Both the position numbers and the translations under genes were made by a program. Shown here piece after piece: positions 1-13,799 of a stretch of 64,000 nt of DNA. The notes under the pieces were generated by a model. That model made no database searches. It was not told the origin of the DNA and saw only the letters and a list, made by a program, of their open reading frames with translations. This stretch comes from Octopus vulgaris (Eukaryota): the NCBI GenBank assembly GCA_951406725.2, contig OX597824.1:40858001-40922000 (forward strand), read 5' to 3'. The stretch's first letter is position 1. Every line of letters starts with the position of its first letter.

Positions 1-560
1 TGGGTTGGTTTCTTCAGATGATGCACTGGGTAATTTTATCAGTAGTTTCATGGTGGTTTCTAAGTTACCAAAACTACCCATCCACTAACTTCAAAGTTCC
101 TAATACCAATGTGATTAGCTAGCTTGGCAGTAGTACCTTCAGCTTTTATACCATGGACATTGTTACCATCAGGTCACTGACTTAAGATTTGTATTTTTTG
201 CAACTCTGATAATCTTCCTCACCCCAACAGAATAAGGTATTTCTGTTTACAGGAGATGTAAGCATAAAATCACCATCATTCAAATGATATCAAAACAATG
301 CAAAGACATAGAAAACAAACCATGACTCTCATACATATACGAATACACACACACACACCTATTGTTAAGGCATTGTTTTACAGGCAGATGCTCTTCCTTT
401 TGTTAACTGTTACTGGGTTTTCAAGCATGAAATCTATTTTATGTTTTTGAAGGTGTGCAGTGAGCAGATGATTTGTAGACAAGAGAAATGACAACACTAC
501 CACCTCATGTCTTGTGACTTTTGTGGGGTACAAATGTAAGCAAGCACAGAGACACACATA

Positions 561-1374
561 CGAGGATGGGCTGAAAAGTTCATAGGCTGACTATGAAGGA
601 GTGATGCTAGAGCTGTGAAATCTTGCATGCATTATTAATAACTGCATAATTTCTTTCCAGCTAAACTGACATTTGACTGTTCAAAGAAAACTTCAAAAGT
701 ATCCAGTAGCGACTTCTCTTGAAAATCGACAAAATTTGGCATCGTGGTGTTATCAAGCACCTGCAGGAAAAGGGTTTAGTCCCCAAGGACATCCATGCTG
801 ATATGATTGCTACATTAGGGAATGGTGCTCCATCTTTATGAGTAGTGCAAAAGTGGCCAGCTGAATTTGGGAGGGGAAGCGAGAGTCTTGAAGATCATCC
901 AAGATCTGGATGTACTGCAACTGCCACACCTAGGAAAACATTGACCACGTTCACCACATGGTGATGGATGACAAGCAATTGATTATAAATCAAATAACAA
1001 AATCTATTAGCATATCCTGTGAGAGAGTTGAGAACATTCTGCACAATGAACTTGGCATGGTGAAGGTTTCTTTTGACACCTGATTAAAAGGACACCAGGC
1101 TCATCACATCACCGGAAAATTCGACATTATTTGAGGTAGATCCAGCTGGTTTCCTTGAATGTTTCTTAACCCAGGATGAGTGTTGGGCTCATCATTTTGA
1201 TGACTTTTTTTTAACCAACAGGATGAAAACTTTTCACCAATGGAATCCAAGTACAACAACTGATGGAAGAGGTGTGTGGGCCACAATGGGGGACTATGTT
1301 GAAGATTAGACTTCATTTGGTCACATTCCATGAGAGTATATTGGTTAGCCTATGAAATTTTCAGCTAACCTTCA
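561..1374 (+). mobile_element. Internally deleted mariner transposon relic
   Basis: TA-flanked TIRs (cgaggatgggctgaaaagttcataggctgac / ggttagcctatgaaattttcagctaaccttca). Decayed N-terminal transposase pieces (VQKWPAEF, SLEDHPRSG, ERVENILHNELGM). Catalytic core missing. Confidence 0.85.
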
Positions 1375-2067
1375 TATATACTAGTCAATAATAGATACTG
1401 CACCTCTCTACATTAATTGCTAAAATGTCTTTTCCTTTCTGGAAAGTTCAACATTCTAAAGCATCTACTTCACCTCTTAAGATCTAAATTAGTGTTGGTT
1501 TCTTTACATTTTCATCAAAGGTCAGTCATCCTATGAAGTTCTGCATTGCCTACTGAATGATATTGTTCATGACTTTTTTTGTAAAGGCAACTTTGGAGAT
1601 TGTTGCATGTCTACCCTTAGCTATGAAAAACTGGTATTAATGCCCTCAATGATAAAAATTGGTATTATTCTATCATACTACCTTTCAACATCTTTCCCCT
1701 TTACTTTTTTGCAATTTAATCTCTCTGTTTGTAGCCATTTAGCTTTACCCACAGGACCTCATATACATGTCCCTTATAGGTATCTTCCACCTACATTGTA
1801 CCCTCATATGCTGTGATATTTGTACTGTACACAAGTCTAGTTACACTCTACAAGTTTTTACAGATATCCACTTGTGTACCAACCTCAATTATCCATACTC
1901 AGTCTACTAGCACACATACACACACACACACACTCTATTCTTGTAGACACTAAAATGTGTACATTTATATTTAACTCTATCAGACCTGGGCCCTTGTGCT
2001 TAACTTTACCCTCCACCCGGGGTCCTGAACAAAAAAAATAAATAGCATATACAGCTCAAGTGTAATG

Positions 2068-2248
2068 ATTGCAGACAAACTAATGGAGGTAATCACAAAA
2101 AAATTCAGGAGAGTAACAATGATAGATCTTTCTCTCAACTACTGTATTTATTCATTGCAGGCAAACTAATGAGCAAAATCATAAAAAGAAATTCAGGATA
2201 GCAACAACAATAACAATAGACCTATCTCTCAACTAATGTATTTGTTCA
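2068..2248. repeat. Diverged tandem duplication, unit about 86-95 bp
   Basis: attgcagRcaaactaatg...aaattcagga...ctctcaacta..gtattt occurs at 2068 and again at 2154. Confidence 0.7.
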
Positions 2249-3085
2249 CCCAAATTACTACTTTCTTCCTAACTTTCACCAATTTCACTGCCTGAATCAC
2301 TCATTGTTGGTGTAAGTATGAACTCTTCAAAAAATAAATATCATCAATAATTTCCTCAACTGCTAAGAGTTTAGGACTTGCTTGTTCGCAAGACAAAGTG
2401 CTGGCTTGATCACACTTGTTTCTTTGCAAAATCATTTTTTTCCCATTAACAACAAAAGTAAACAATATCTGTGTGGGACACCATAAATAATGAGTCATAA
2501 ACACACATGACAACAAAGCTGCAATCTAATCAATTATCTAATTTTAGTACTTCTATCTTTTTCTATGCGTGCTGCTCATTACTGCTTTAGCGGGAATCTG
2601 GCAGAGATTACATTTAAGTTATTCCCACTACAGCAGTTAACACATTTGTGTGTACTCAGTATACTTACTGCATCTAAGATCTTTCCATGTTTGAGGGTAC
2701 ACGAACATGTTAAATGCAGCAACCTTATTTTGATCATTGCATTGTGCTCCTTTAAATAATTCCAGCTTGATAAAGCTTAGCAAGCAATTGCAAATTGTTT
2801 TGATATTCACATGTAAAACAAAAATTCTTAGTAGATATCAATGATGGATTCAATGTTTGTAACTGATGAAGCATACCCATACAGAAACATGTATTACACT
2901 CTGACATCATTCACAGCCCAGCTCACTGTTTTCACATCATTATCTATAAGGAGAATTTCTCCTCAAGAATGGTTACCATCTTCCTGGGGTCTTTCTGGAT
3001 ATGAGTATTCACGAACATGCAAAATATAAATGTACACAGCTTTATTTTAATCAACGCTACTTAGTGAATCTTTAGTTTTATATAA

Positions 3086-3109
3086 ACACTCACGCACGCA
3101 CACACGCAT

Positions 3110-3177
<68 letters not shown>
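3086..3177. repeat. (CA)n microsatellite
   Basis: Long uninterrupted CA run. Confidence 0.95.
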
Positions 3178-3179
<2 letters not shown>

Positions 3180-3204
3180 TCTTTTTTAACTTTTTTGCCT
3201 TTTC

Positions 3205-5152
3205 AGGAAAAATTATTGTTGCCTTAAAAGCACATCATAGTGATACAGAGATAGCTCACTTCCTGAAAGTTGTCCAATCCTTTGTTGTCAAAGTTTGAAA
3301 AGAGCTGACGGTTGCTGATCAGGATCCATTATCAGTAGCACAGGGTCATAATACCATCAGAACACTTGACTTTGTACAAACTGTCCAAGGAATAATTGAT
3401 AAAAATCCCAGAAAGTCAATCAGAGCCATTGCCAAGGACCTTAAGTTTTCAGAATGCACCATCAAAAGGGTTGTGCATGAAAACATCCAGTACAAGTTAT
3501 ATGTGATGCAGAGGGGTCAGTTTATGTTGGATGTGATAAGAGAGAATTGTCTGATCTGAGCAAAGCACTTGCTAAGCAAGTTAAAACACCATAAGACTGG
3601 AATGCTTTGTTTTCGTCTAATGAGTTCCCTGGAACTTTGATGGTTCTGGGACTCATCATCCATGAGAACTGTGTCATACTTCCTCACTTTCATTTACAGG
3701 GCTTAAGAGTCAATGCTGCTGTCTGACAGAGGTATTGGAGAAAGTTGTGAGGTCTTGGATAGAGTATGCAATAGAAGACTACATTTTGCAACAAGACTGT
3801 GCCGTCTCATAGGGCTATAACAACTCAAAAGGTGGTTGTGTGCCAATCTCCATGGTTATGTTCTCTCAGACATAACCCCCTTGCTCACTAGACCTTAGTC
3901 CACTGGACTACTACATATAGGGCATGGTCGAGAGAGAGGTCAATCAACACCCCCATAACACTAAACAATCTCTGACTTTGTACAAACTGTCCAAGGAATA
4001 ATTGATAAAAATCCCAGAAAGTCAATCAGAGCCATTGCCAAGGACCTTAAGTTTTCAGAATGCACCATCAAAAGGGTTGTGCATGAAAACATCCAGTACA
4101 AGTTATATGTGATGCAGAGGGGTCAGTTTATGTTGGATGTGATAAGAGAGAATTGTCTGATCTGAGCAAAGCACTTGCTAAGCAAGTTAAAACACCATAA
4201 GACTGGTGTCCAATCCTTTGTTGTCAAAGTTTGAAAAGAGCTGACGGTTGCTGATCAGGATCCATTATCAGTAGCTAAATGTAAAAATGTGTGCACAGGG
4301 TCATAATACCATCAGAACACTTGACTTTGTACAAACTGTCCAAGGAATAATTGATAAAAATCCCAGAAAGTCAATCAGAGCCATTGCCAAGGACCTTAAG
4401 TTTTCAGAATGCACCATCAAAAGGGTTGTGCATGAAAACATCCAGTACAAGTTATATGTGATGCAGAGGGGTCAGTTTATGTTGGATGTGATAAGAGAGA
4501 ATTGTCTGATCTGAGCAAAGCACTTGCTAAGCAAGTTAAAACACCATAAGACTGGAATGCTTTGTTTTCATCTAATGAGTTCCCTGGAACTTTGATGGTT
4601 CTGGGACTCATCATCCATGAGAACTGTGTCATACTTCCTCACTTTCATTTACAGGGCTTAAGAGTCAATGCTGCTGTCTGACAGAGGTATTGGAGAAAGT
4701 TGTGAGGTCTTGGATAGAGTATGCAATAGAAGACTACATTTTGCAACAAGACTGTGCCGTCTCATAGGGCTATAACAACTCAAAAGGTGGTTGTGTGCCA
4801 ATCTCCATGGTTATGTTCTCTCAGACATAACCCCCTTGCTCACTAGACCTTAGTCCACTGGACTACTACATATAGGGCATGGTCGAGAGAGAGGTCAATC
4901 AACACCCCCATAACACTAAACAATCTCTCAAGTCCACCATAACCAGCACTTTGTCCAAAATTAGTTCAGGTATTTCAACACATCTAACCTGGTATTGAAG
5001 GAGCCATTGTTGTTAATGGTGGATTCATTGAATAGGTGTGATAAAAGGCTTCTCAAGATAATTTGTACCAATTTGTTTGTAAATACATCTTTAAGCTATG
5101 CATTGTTTTCTAAATTCATACAAATGACCTCAAAAAACTGATACACTTTGTG
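3205..5152 (+). mobile_element. Tc1/mariner-superfamily relic (maT/DD37D-like) with internal duplications
   Basis: KNPRKSIRAIAKDLKFSECTIKRVVHENIQYK HTH-like segment; QQD.A.SH and SLDLSPLDYY motifs (final catalytic residue D); C-terminal NGGFIE*. Multiple frameshifts. Confidence 0.75.
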
Positions 5153-5221
5153 GGTGTATATGTCTGTCTGTCTCTCTCTCTGTCTGTATGTGTGTGTGTG
5201 TGTATATGTATATATTCAAAC

Positions 5222-5840
5222 AACAATGATTTTGAAGCTTTGGCCAGTTCACCTGTTGTCAGACTGCAGTCCATTGAAGCTAATCTTGGCTTTATATAGT
5301 CTCTGTTGAATTAGAATCTTTCTTGGGTATGTGGGTTTGAGTGAAGTGGTAATTAGGTTATAAGGTGTGTTGTTATGGAAAGGTGTTTTGGAGAAATTTT
5401 TATTGATTAAATTGGAAGTTATGTTATTGTTTAGAAGTTATTCATGTATGTAGAACTTTGTAAGCAGATGTGTTCATTTAGGTGTGTCTCTTTTGGTAGG
5501 TTAGTATAGGATGTGCTATTAGTTTTAGTTACTTTTGATTTTATTGAATTTATTCCTATAATTTAACAATATAAATGTCAAAGGTTCAAAGCTTAGTCCA
5601 GTGTTTAAAAACTTAGTAAGTGGGTGTGTCACCTTTTCTGCAATGGAATTTTTTGTGGTTTCATAAAAAAATGTTTTAACAGGTTAGTTTTTTTGCTGTT
5701 GTTATAGGGTGTTTCCTGTTTTTATTTGGAATTCCATACCCAAGGAAGATTTTAACTCAACAGAGGCTATATAAAGCCAAGATTAGCTTCAAAGTATCGG
5801 TTTGATGATGGCTTATCTGCCCAAACTTTAGTCACTGTCA
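5222..5840. mobile_element. Inverted-repeat-bounded element, probably a Penelope-like relic
   Basis: 58-bp inverted repeat at 5274-5331 and 5735-5792 with 4 mismatches, extended by degenerate CTGANGA...GAAAC-like ends. Confidence 0.5.
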
Positions 5841-6894
5841 ATAATATTCTTGTTTAAGAATGATAACTTTCTACTCTACAAAAGTATAGGTTAATGTAAA
5901 AATTGTTTTTATTATAATTGAACATAAAAACAAACATTAATATATATATATGTATATGTGTAGATGTGTATGTGGATATATATATACAAAAGTATGCACT
6001 TGCTCCTTTCCCAACCTATTGCTATCAAAAATCAGTTTGTAAAGAGTTCTTTTCTCCATACATGAACACTTCTATACTATCCCTTCACATGTTGTTCCAA
6101 GCCATGCCATTTCTCCCATTGGAACCTGCTACATACGAAGCATTTACAATTTGTTGCCATTTGCTCAAGTTCCTCTCTTAGTAGCACATAGCTGTTAACA
6201 TGTAACTCTTTTCTGTCATTAATGCTAAATACTATAAAGGTTCATTTGGTTTTCAATTTTAATTTTCTTTCTCTTTGGCAATAGCATATATTAAGTAGCA
6301 TGTACTGTGCTTCCACATTCACACCACAATAAAAACTGATCAGTGAATCTATGGGGCTTTTCTGCAGACAACCTCAATGACGAATAACAGTAACCTTATA
6401 ATTTAACTCCAATTCATGGCAGCATGGAAAGCCGATGTGAAATGAGGAATATAATGTATAGAATTAAATTAGAATGTTTGTGCATCAGACTTCAATGATG
6501 ATACCATCACACTGGATTCCTTATAGTATCTAGCTGACACTTACTTTCAACAAAATTTTTTTGTTCTTCAAATAGTAATTTTGTAGGAATATACTTTTAC
6601 ATGGCCCTTGATATGAGAAAGTGCAGAGCAACTGGTTATAATACCAATATCAATACCATTCCATTTAACCAGCAACAATAAGGAATATCAGTGCTTATAC
6701 ACTGATACATACAAATGTAAAATTATTTTTCAAATTTTCATAGCTCCTATGGGATTTTACTTGATAGCCATATTAAGTTTATCATTAACCCTGTACAAAT
6801 TAGATTGTATTGTATCCTATAAAATTAGTCCTCACTACTCTATGGTGTATTTGTTTGTCAATATGAGCTAGTGTTTCTTATATAACCCTTCCTC

Positions 6895-7926
6895 TCCTTG
6901 TGAGGTGGAGCTAACCAAAAGTTAGTCTCCAAGTGTTCTTGCTAGTTTTTAAGTGTTTCCATCCTTGTCTTTGACTGGGTAAGAAGTGGCTTGCTGTTTC
7001 CTGAAGGTCTCATGGTGATGTAAATTTCTTTGGGATTTCTCTGAGCTGCCACATTTTGAGCAAGTCCCCCTGCATAGTTGCTCTCATCCTGCTTTACACA
7101 TAATTTCACAGCTTGGTTTACTTGTTTCTCTGTTTTGATTACTCTGGTTTTGCAATTGTTCAGCTTTCTTCCTTTTACAGAGCACTTCTTTCTGGAGAAT
7201 CTCAGTTGAAATCTAATCACTGTGATGTTTGGTTTTCTTCACAGGCATCCTTTCTTATTTCATTTAATTCCCAATCATGTCTGCTCCACTGATGCATTTT
7301 CTTCAGTGAGACTACTGAGGACTTGGAATCTATTAGTGATATCAACTGTATATCTGGCTTTGACATGTTCATTATTTAGAAGGGTAGTGTTGCACCTGTA
7401 TCTTGGTTTAGGAGCCAATACATTCTGGTGCTGTAGTTTCGGCTGGAATTTTCCTGCTAAGAGGTCTCATCCAACATCTATTCCAAAGTAAGCTCTCAGA
7501 TCACACATGAATCTTTTGAATTTGTGCAGATTGTGATATGGTTGATCTGGTTTTCAGGGAGGTGATCCAAGGATATCCAGCTTGCCTTGTGAATTTTTAC
7601 GTGAGGAAAATGCTGTCTCCCAATGACCAAACTCTTGAACATGCAGTCATCTGCCAACAACTCTCTGTTCTCTTTGATTTCACTCCTTTCTTCCCTACTT
7701 TGAAACCAGTCCTGGTAAGTGGGTAGGGTCCTCAGAGACTGCAATATGAAGCAATGTAGTGAAAGCTGAAAAGAAGCTATGATGTGAAACTACTGTCTCT
7801 CACTAAGGACAACCACATGACAGGGAACGTGGAACATTAGGACCCTTTTTGAAACTGGAAAAATGGCCCAGATTGTTGCTGAGTTGAAAACTTACAAGCT
7901 CATGGTACTAGGCCTCTGTGAGATGG
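6895..7926 (-). mobile_element. Rearranged RTE-clade LINE relic with an inverted 5' segment
   Basis: Minus strand: APE motifs (FPHVKIHKASWISLDHLPENQINHI) and a C-terminal remnant. Plus strand, about 7695-7926: 5' end and APE start GTWNIRTLFETGKMAQIVAELKTYKLMVLGLCE. Confidence 0.75.
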
Positions 7927-8438
7927 TGTGTGTGTGTGTGTGTGTGTATGCATGTACGCATGCTTTTCTGTGTTTATGCTAAACATGTTACTCTTGAAGA
8001 TCATATTAGCTGATTATGTATATGCATTCAAGTTGGTCTCACTTGATTTACTGCTACATGATAACCTATTATTACTTATGCTCTTAATTATCATGGATGT
8101 ACTCTTTCATGTTTATACATAATTTCCTATATATGAGAAATACATACAGACATATGATGCACCTACCTACTCTCACTCACATATCCAAATATTGGGACTG
8201 TATTACATGCAATGATAAAGAAATGATATTAATTCACAATAAATCCTTGTTTATAATCTTTGGTAATTCTGAACATTATCATGTCAATATCTCGAGATAC
8301 TCAATTATTTTGGCTTTACCAGTGTGCATGTGCACAAAGATTATGAGGTCTTTCAACACTAGAGCATCCTACATAAAATTGGCCTATGAGCAAAGCAGTA
8401 TTCTTCAAGATGTAGTCCTGTAATTGCCAGTATTTATA

Positions 8439-8746
8439 TCATCATCACCATCGTTTAACGTTCGCTTTCCATGCTAGCATGGGTTGGATGGTTCAACTGA
8501 GGTCTTGGAAGCCAGAAGGCTGCACCAGGCTCAGTCTGATCTGGCAGTGTTTCTACGGCTGGATGCCCTTCCTAACGCCAACCACTCTGAGAGTGTAGTG
8601 GGTGCTTTTTACGTGCTACCAGCACAGATGCCAGACGAGGCTGGCAAACGGCCACGATCGGATGGTGCTTTTTACGTGCCACCGGCATGAAGGCCAGGCG
8701 AGGCTGGCAACGGCCACGATCGGATGATGCTTTTTACGTGCCACAG
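8439..8746 (-). mobile_element. RTE-tail-related short retroelement with internal ~55-60 bp tandem units
   Basis: catcatc...tttaacg..cgctttccatgctagcatgggttgga end; three units containing ggtgctttttacgtgccac. Related copies at about 27110, 30720, 48570, 49620 and 61670. Confidence 0.8.
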
Positions 8747-11559
8747 AATTTATTGATTGACTTGGCAAAGCTTATGTGTTCTGGAAACTGAAGTCTTCTA
8801 AATCTAAAAGGCACATCTGTTGGTGTGGGTGAAATTCTGGGAATATTCGCATTCTCTGCTTTGGCACACCTAGTGAAAATATTAAGTAGTGTTGATGACC
8901 TGCAACATAAACTTCTTGTTTATTAATCTTGTGCCATTGAATAGCAATGGCTGAAATACAGTATTATGTAGCAACATTACTGGGGATCCCTTTTGTAGTA
9001 GAGGTCTGTGTGGCAGTAGACATGAAGTTTAAATACAAAAATTCAGCTGTGTAGTAAAGTTTTTCTTCTTGATCTATAATGGTGTTTTTTGATTTGTAGG
9101 TATGACTTTTTCCTGGAAGTACCTGCAATAGCTGTCAGTTAATACCGAATACCCAAACATATTTTTTCTCACAACCATTTGTATGTTACTTAATAGAATT
9201 TCAGGTTGAGGAATGCTTTCAGTATAAATTCATCTACTATCTTTACCATTCCACTTATTTGGAACTGGATTATTGGTGCTATTACTGCCAGACAGAAATC
9301 TTCCCTCTTCAGCTTGTAACAAATTTTTGGCAAAATTACCTAACAGATCATCTACAAAAATATTAGCACTCGTGTTTCTAGGCAGTTTGAAGATGTTATA
9401 TTTGCCTTAAAGAAAAGACAATTTAAGGCGAGGGTGAATTTTATTGGTTTTCATTTTGTTAGCGATGACTGTGATCTGACAGAAGTTAATTGACTATACT
9501 ATTACTATTCCTCCCATTTGAATCTTGTCATGTAAGTCCTGCAATGTCCTGGCCACAGTCTCTGGAACTCCCTTGCAAATCATTGTCTATTCATCCCAGA
9601 CAATCTCTTAAGAACTTTTTCAGTTCCTAAATTTTTAGCAATGTTGCAAACAGTTGCAGGATTTCTGAATGTGAATGTTTGAAAGTAGAATGTGTAGGAG
9701 TGGTGTGACAGCAATACCTGAAGAAACAACTGCAATAGCTATGCATTTATATTGATGAACTTGGTCAAGCAATAGGACTAATCAAGGATATCTTTTCAGT
9801 TACACCATGAATATCAGGTACACAAATTTTGGATTCTTGTTGCCAAAACCTTTTCAAAATAGCAAAATAGACTGCATTGAGGTATTAAGTAGTTCCCATT
9901 GGATTGTTTATACATACATAAGGCAGTATATATGTATGTAAGATATAGTTTGAGGTACATGTAGTTGCTATCTCTATCTGGTTTAGCTCACTGATATTAA
10001 TGTCATTCTTGATTGACCATACTTATGCAAGGCGTTCTTCCTCTGGCTTTTGAATCCTTTTCCCAGGCGCTGAATACAGTGCATGGAGAAGCACATCATT
10101 CAGTTTTATTGTTCATTCATTGTATAATATGAATATACTCTTGATAACTTCAAGACATAATGCTATGATCCTGAGTATGGTGCAGCTCATTATACCCAAA
10201 TTTTTGTGGTTGATATAATTGTTGAGAATGTTGTTGCTGTGGTTATTGCTATTATTGTTGTTGTTGTTGCCAAAGTTATTATTTAATCCCAAATCAGTTC
10301 AGATTGAGAATTTTAGTGGTTAAAAGGCTTTCTAATTGTAACCATCCCATTTTTTACTATATCACATATTTGTAGCATTGTGTAATATATCTAGTATTGT
10401 TCAAACTGGTAGTGTTTGATATGAGGGAGAATTAATTTCTATTCATAGCTGGTGAAGCTGACTACCTAGGTGTTCTCTTTTTGCTGCTTCTGTTGCTCAT
10501 TAGCCCCAGGTTTGGCTCTAATTGAGCAAACTTAGCAAAACAATTTCTTCTGTACAAAATCCATGTTTTTTTTGTTCTTTTTTTTGTGAAGAAAGTCTAA
10601 ATTATCCAGTGGATCATTCATGTTGCATACCTACTGCACTAAGAAAACCTCTTTCTAAAACAAAATTATCTTGGTGTAGTATGAAAGATTTGGCTACTAT
10701 TTCTAGCTGGTTGTGAGATCAACTGTTGGAATGATATTATGTTAGTAAATTGAAACCATAACTCTTACAATTTGTGACCACTTTCCTACTCTTTATAGCT
10801 GTCTCTCATCTATGACTGTTACCTACCTCTCTCTCTCTCTCTCTCTGCATGTCTCCCATCTTTTTGCATTCCACTTTTGCTTTTCTCTCCCGTGTTTTCT
10901 TAGCACTTAAAATATGCACAGTCTTTCAGTGAACATACAAATCTTAAAGTTTCTTAGTTGCATATATTGTCCATGGTATTGCTATATCTGACTTGGACTA
11001 GTTATTATGTTACTGGTTGAACTCATAGATGAACAGATAACTCAAGGACAGGACAGGAATGTACACTTGACATAATGCCTGGTTGTTTTTTTTCTATTAC
11101 TCTTGTCAATCTTTTTTATTACATTATTGGATTACTCACTTGAGTTCTTTGAGCTGGTATATAGATAAAATCTTATAATATTACTCAACTTAAAAGTACC
11201 ATTCTGCATGGTAATGGAATTGGCAATTAATGCTGAAAATAAAGCCACTACATTTCTGCCTGTTTTGCTTTCCACTTCAAGTCTGTACGCATTCTTAATT
11301 CTACCTGCTCCCCATCACATGCATGCCATTGTCAAATGCATACACTTCTCTAAATGCTCTTGACAGTGCACTTTCCATAACTCTATTTTTTTGAGGTCAT
11401 AATGTTACATATGGAAATCTCTCTGATACTATCAACTTTCACCAATTGCATTCACTTCTATCATCTTGAGGGTGACTGAAATAGTTGTAACAATCTCTGG
11501 CATTGTCTTAAATCTTTCTCTCGTCTTCCAGTAACTATTGATAATTTTCACTGAAATAT

Positions 11560-12330
11560 ATTTGAGATATCATCTGTGAGAACCTTGGTGAAAAGATGCA
11601 TTGACATCACAAATCTTTTGACTGTGTTTCAGTCAACCATTAAGTTACTTGTCTATTGACTCTATCAGTCTCTCATTTCTTGGTTTAGAAAGCTTTCTTT
11701 TGGAGCCTATAATTACAGCTAATGTTTAAAAGGGTTTTTGACCTCTATTCTATCAACCCCCATGTAACTCAGCATGCAGTTCTCATGCTCATCCTTCTGT
11801 ATATTGATTATCTACTTGCTGTTACTTGTGACTTTGTAATGCAAATATGTCATCAACATTCAACCTAAATACCTTAAACCAGACTTGCAATACTTCCATG
11901 AATAGAAAACTGGAAAACCCCCTCTAATTGAGACATGACAACCTAATTTCCTTCAGCAGGAACAATGCACATTCACTACCCTGACAAAGGAAACAATACT
12001 GTATTTCATCCATCCTATTCAGCAACAACCAAAACCTTGAAAGTTGCTAGAAATGCTAGGTTTCTGTAATGAAATCTCACAGTGTCTGCTCATTGCCAAA
12101 ATTGCATCTCAGAGACTAGACTTTTAGGGCCAGAGAATTGTTTGGCCCCGAATTAGTTAGCACTCTACAAAACTCAATGCAACCCACATTGGAATACTGC
12201 CCTAATACATAGCAAGGTGCTGCTGCTTGCTATCTGTATGAATGTATGAGACTGTATCCTAAAAGATTCACTTACAAGCATGTTACAACCACTGCCCACA
12301 AGTCCTTTTAATTAGGTTGCCTGTATTACC
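11560..12330 (+). mobile_element. Highly decayed CR1/Jockey-group LINE RT fragment
   Basis: gcattgacatcacaaatcttttgac resembles (A)LDISKAFD. ctctacaaaactcaa..caacccacattggaatactgc resembles LYKAQIRPTLEYC. Frames are broken and boundaries approximate. Confidence 0.5.
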
Positions 12331-13799
12331 ATCATTTAATCCCACTTGAAACACCCATCTTTTCCTTTCCTTGTTCCTATTGTATATTATCTACCAAACC
12401 CCTTATTAAAAGTTTTTTCCATACATTTATCTTTGGTTACTGAAAATGTTCTGCACTAATTATTATCTCTGTTCTCTTGCTATATAAAATCATATTTCTT
12501 GCACAAACTTTATACTGCCTATTCACTCATATAGAGAAAAATACTCTTTGTGCCAATATTAGTAACAGTTTCCTGAAATTATTCCTCTGCTAGTAACTCC
12601 CAATGGAACTCTCCTGAACAGATCTATTTGCCATTCCCAGTGAGTCTGGTTTTCTTTAGCCAATTCTACTACCAATTATTCCTACGTGTATTATGTTCTG
12701 GTTTCATCAATCTGCTAAACACCCCCATAAACAATCTGTATACCCACTACTTGCACTACTGCTACATAAGGAAACAAAAAATTAGTGAAAAAATTGATTT
12801 CAAATATGTGTGGTTGAGCAGTATGGTCTTTTCACTATAGTGTGGAAAGTTGCACAAAACACAGTTTATGTAGCCAAAATGGCAGCTCTATTGCTTGAAT
12901 AGGTTAGCCTTATTGATTATCTTCTGATTATCTTCAACCATTGTTTTCTGCTATTTTAAAGATGGCTGTTAATAAGTTTCCACTTGACTCCTAGTGTAAA
13001 TATTAAGAATTTTGTTATACTTACTCTCTCTTTCATTCCTCTCTCATTTCCCTCACTTCTTCACTTATCATCCCCTCTACTCCTTTTATTTATCTCTTTT
13101 ACAACACTCTCTCCCATCTGTTTCTCTGACCTTGCCCTCTTCAGTACCTCTATCTATCTGTCTCTCTCTCTCTCACACATTAGGTCTTTGTTGCCAGGTG
13201 GCAGATATCACAAAGCTTCATTTGCAGTATTTATGGTAACACTATATTTATTTTAGTATTCAATTAATATGTTTATACTAGTTCATTGACCATGTATGTA
13301 GATGTATACTTTAACATATACATAGGCAAGTAAACACAAGTGGTGTATATGTACACACACAGGCACGCGCATGCACATTAGTAGCTTAATCTGATAAGAA
13401 AACTATTTTAAAGTATTTAGAGAAAACTATTTACACCTCCAAAAATTTAAATTATTCAAGAAAAATTACACCAAATTAAGTGAATAAAGTCAACTTTATT
13501 GTTAAGTTGATTTGAATACGGTTTAGAATGTTGTTTGGAACAAATAGAAAACATTCATTCTTGACTTTTAATAGCATTATTGAGTTGGCTGTGTAGAGAG
13601 GTCAGTGTTAATGATATCATTTGACCTTATTGCATTTATTATTGTGAAGCTATGTGTGATAGGCACAAGTAGGGCTGTAGTTTAGAAGTATACTTTGCAA
13701 CCACAGGGTTCTTTGTTCAATTCCACATACACAACACTTTGACTAAGTGTTTTCTCCCATAGCCTCTGCTTGTCCAATATCTTAGTGAAATTTTCTGGA

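Noticed and set aside
8600-8746. Regularly spaced repeats resembling a CRISPR array
   Set aside because: The intervening sequences are themselves repeated, the unit belongs to an RTE-related 3' UTR found elsewhere in the window, the context is eukaryotic, and there are no cas genes.
8750-10200. Possible ancient LINE fragment
   Set aside because: The composition is suggestive, but I could not read a diagnostic motif, so it is left unannotated.
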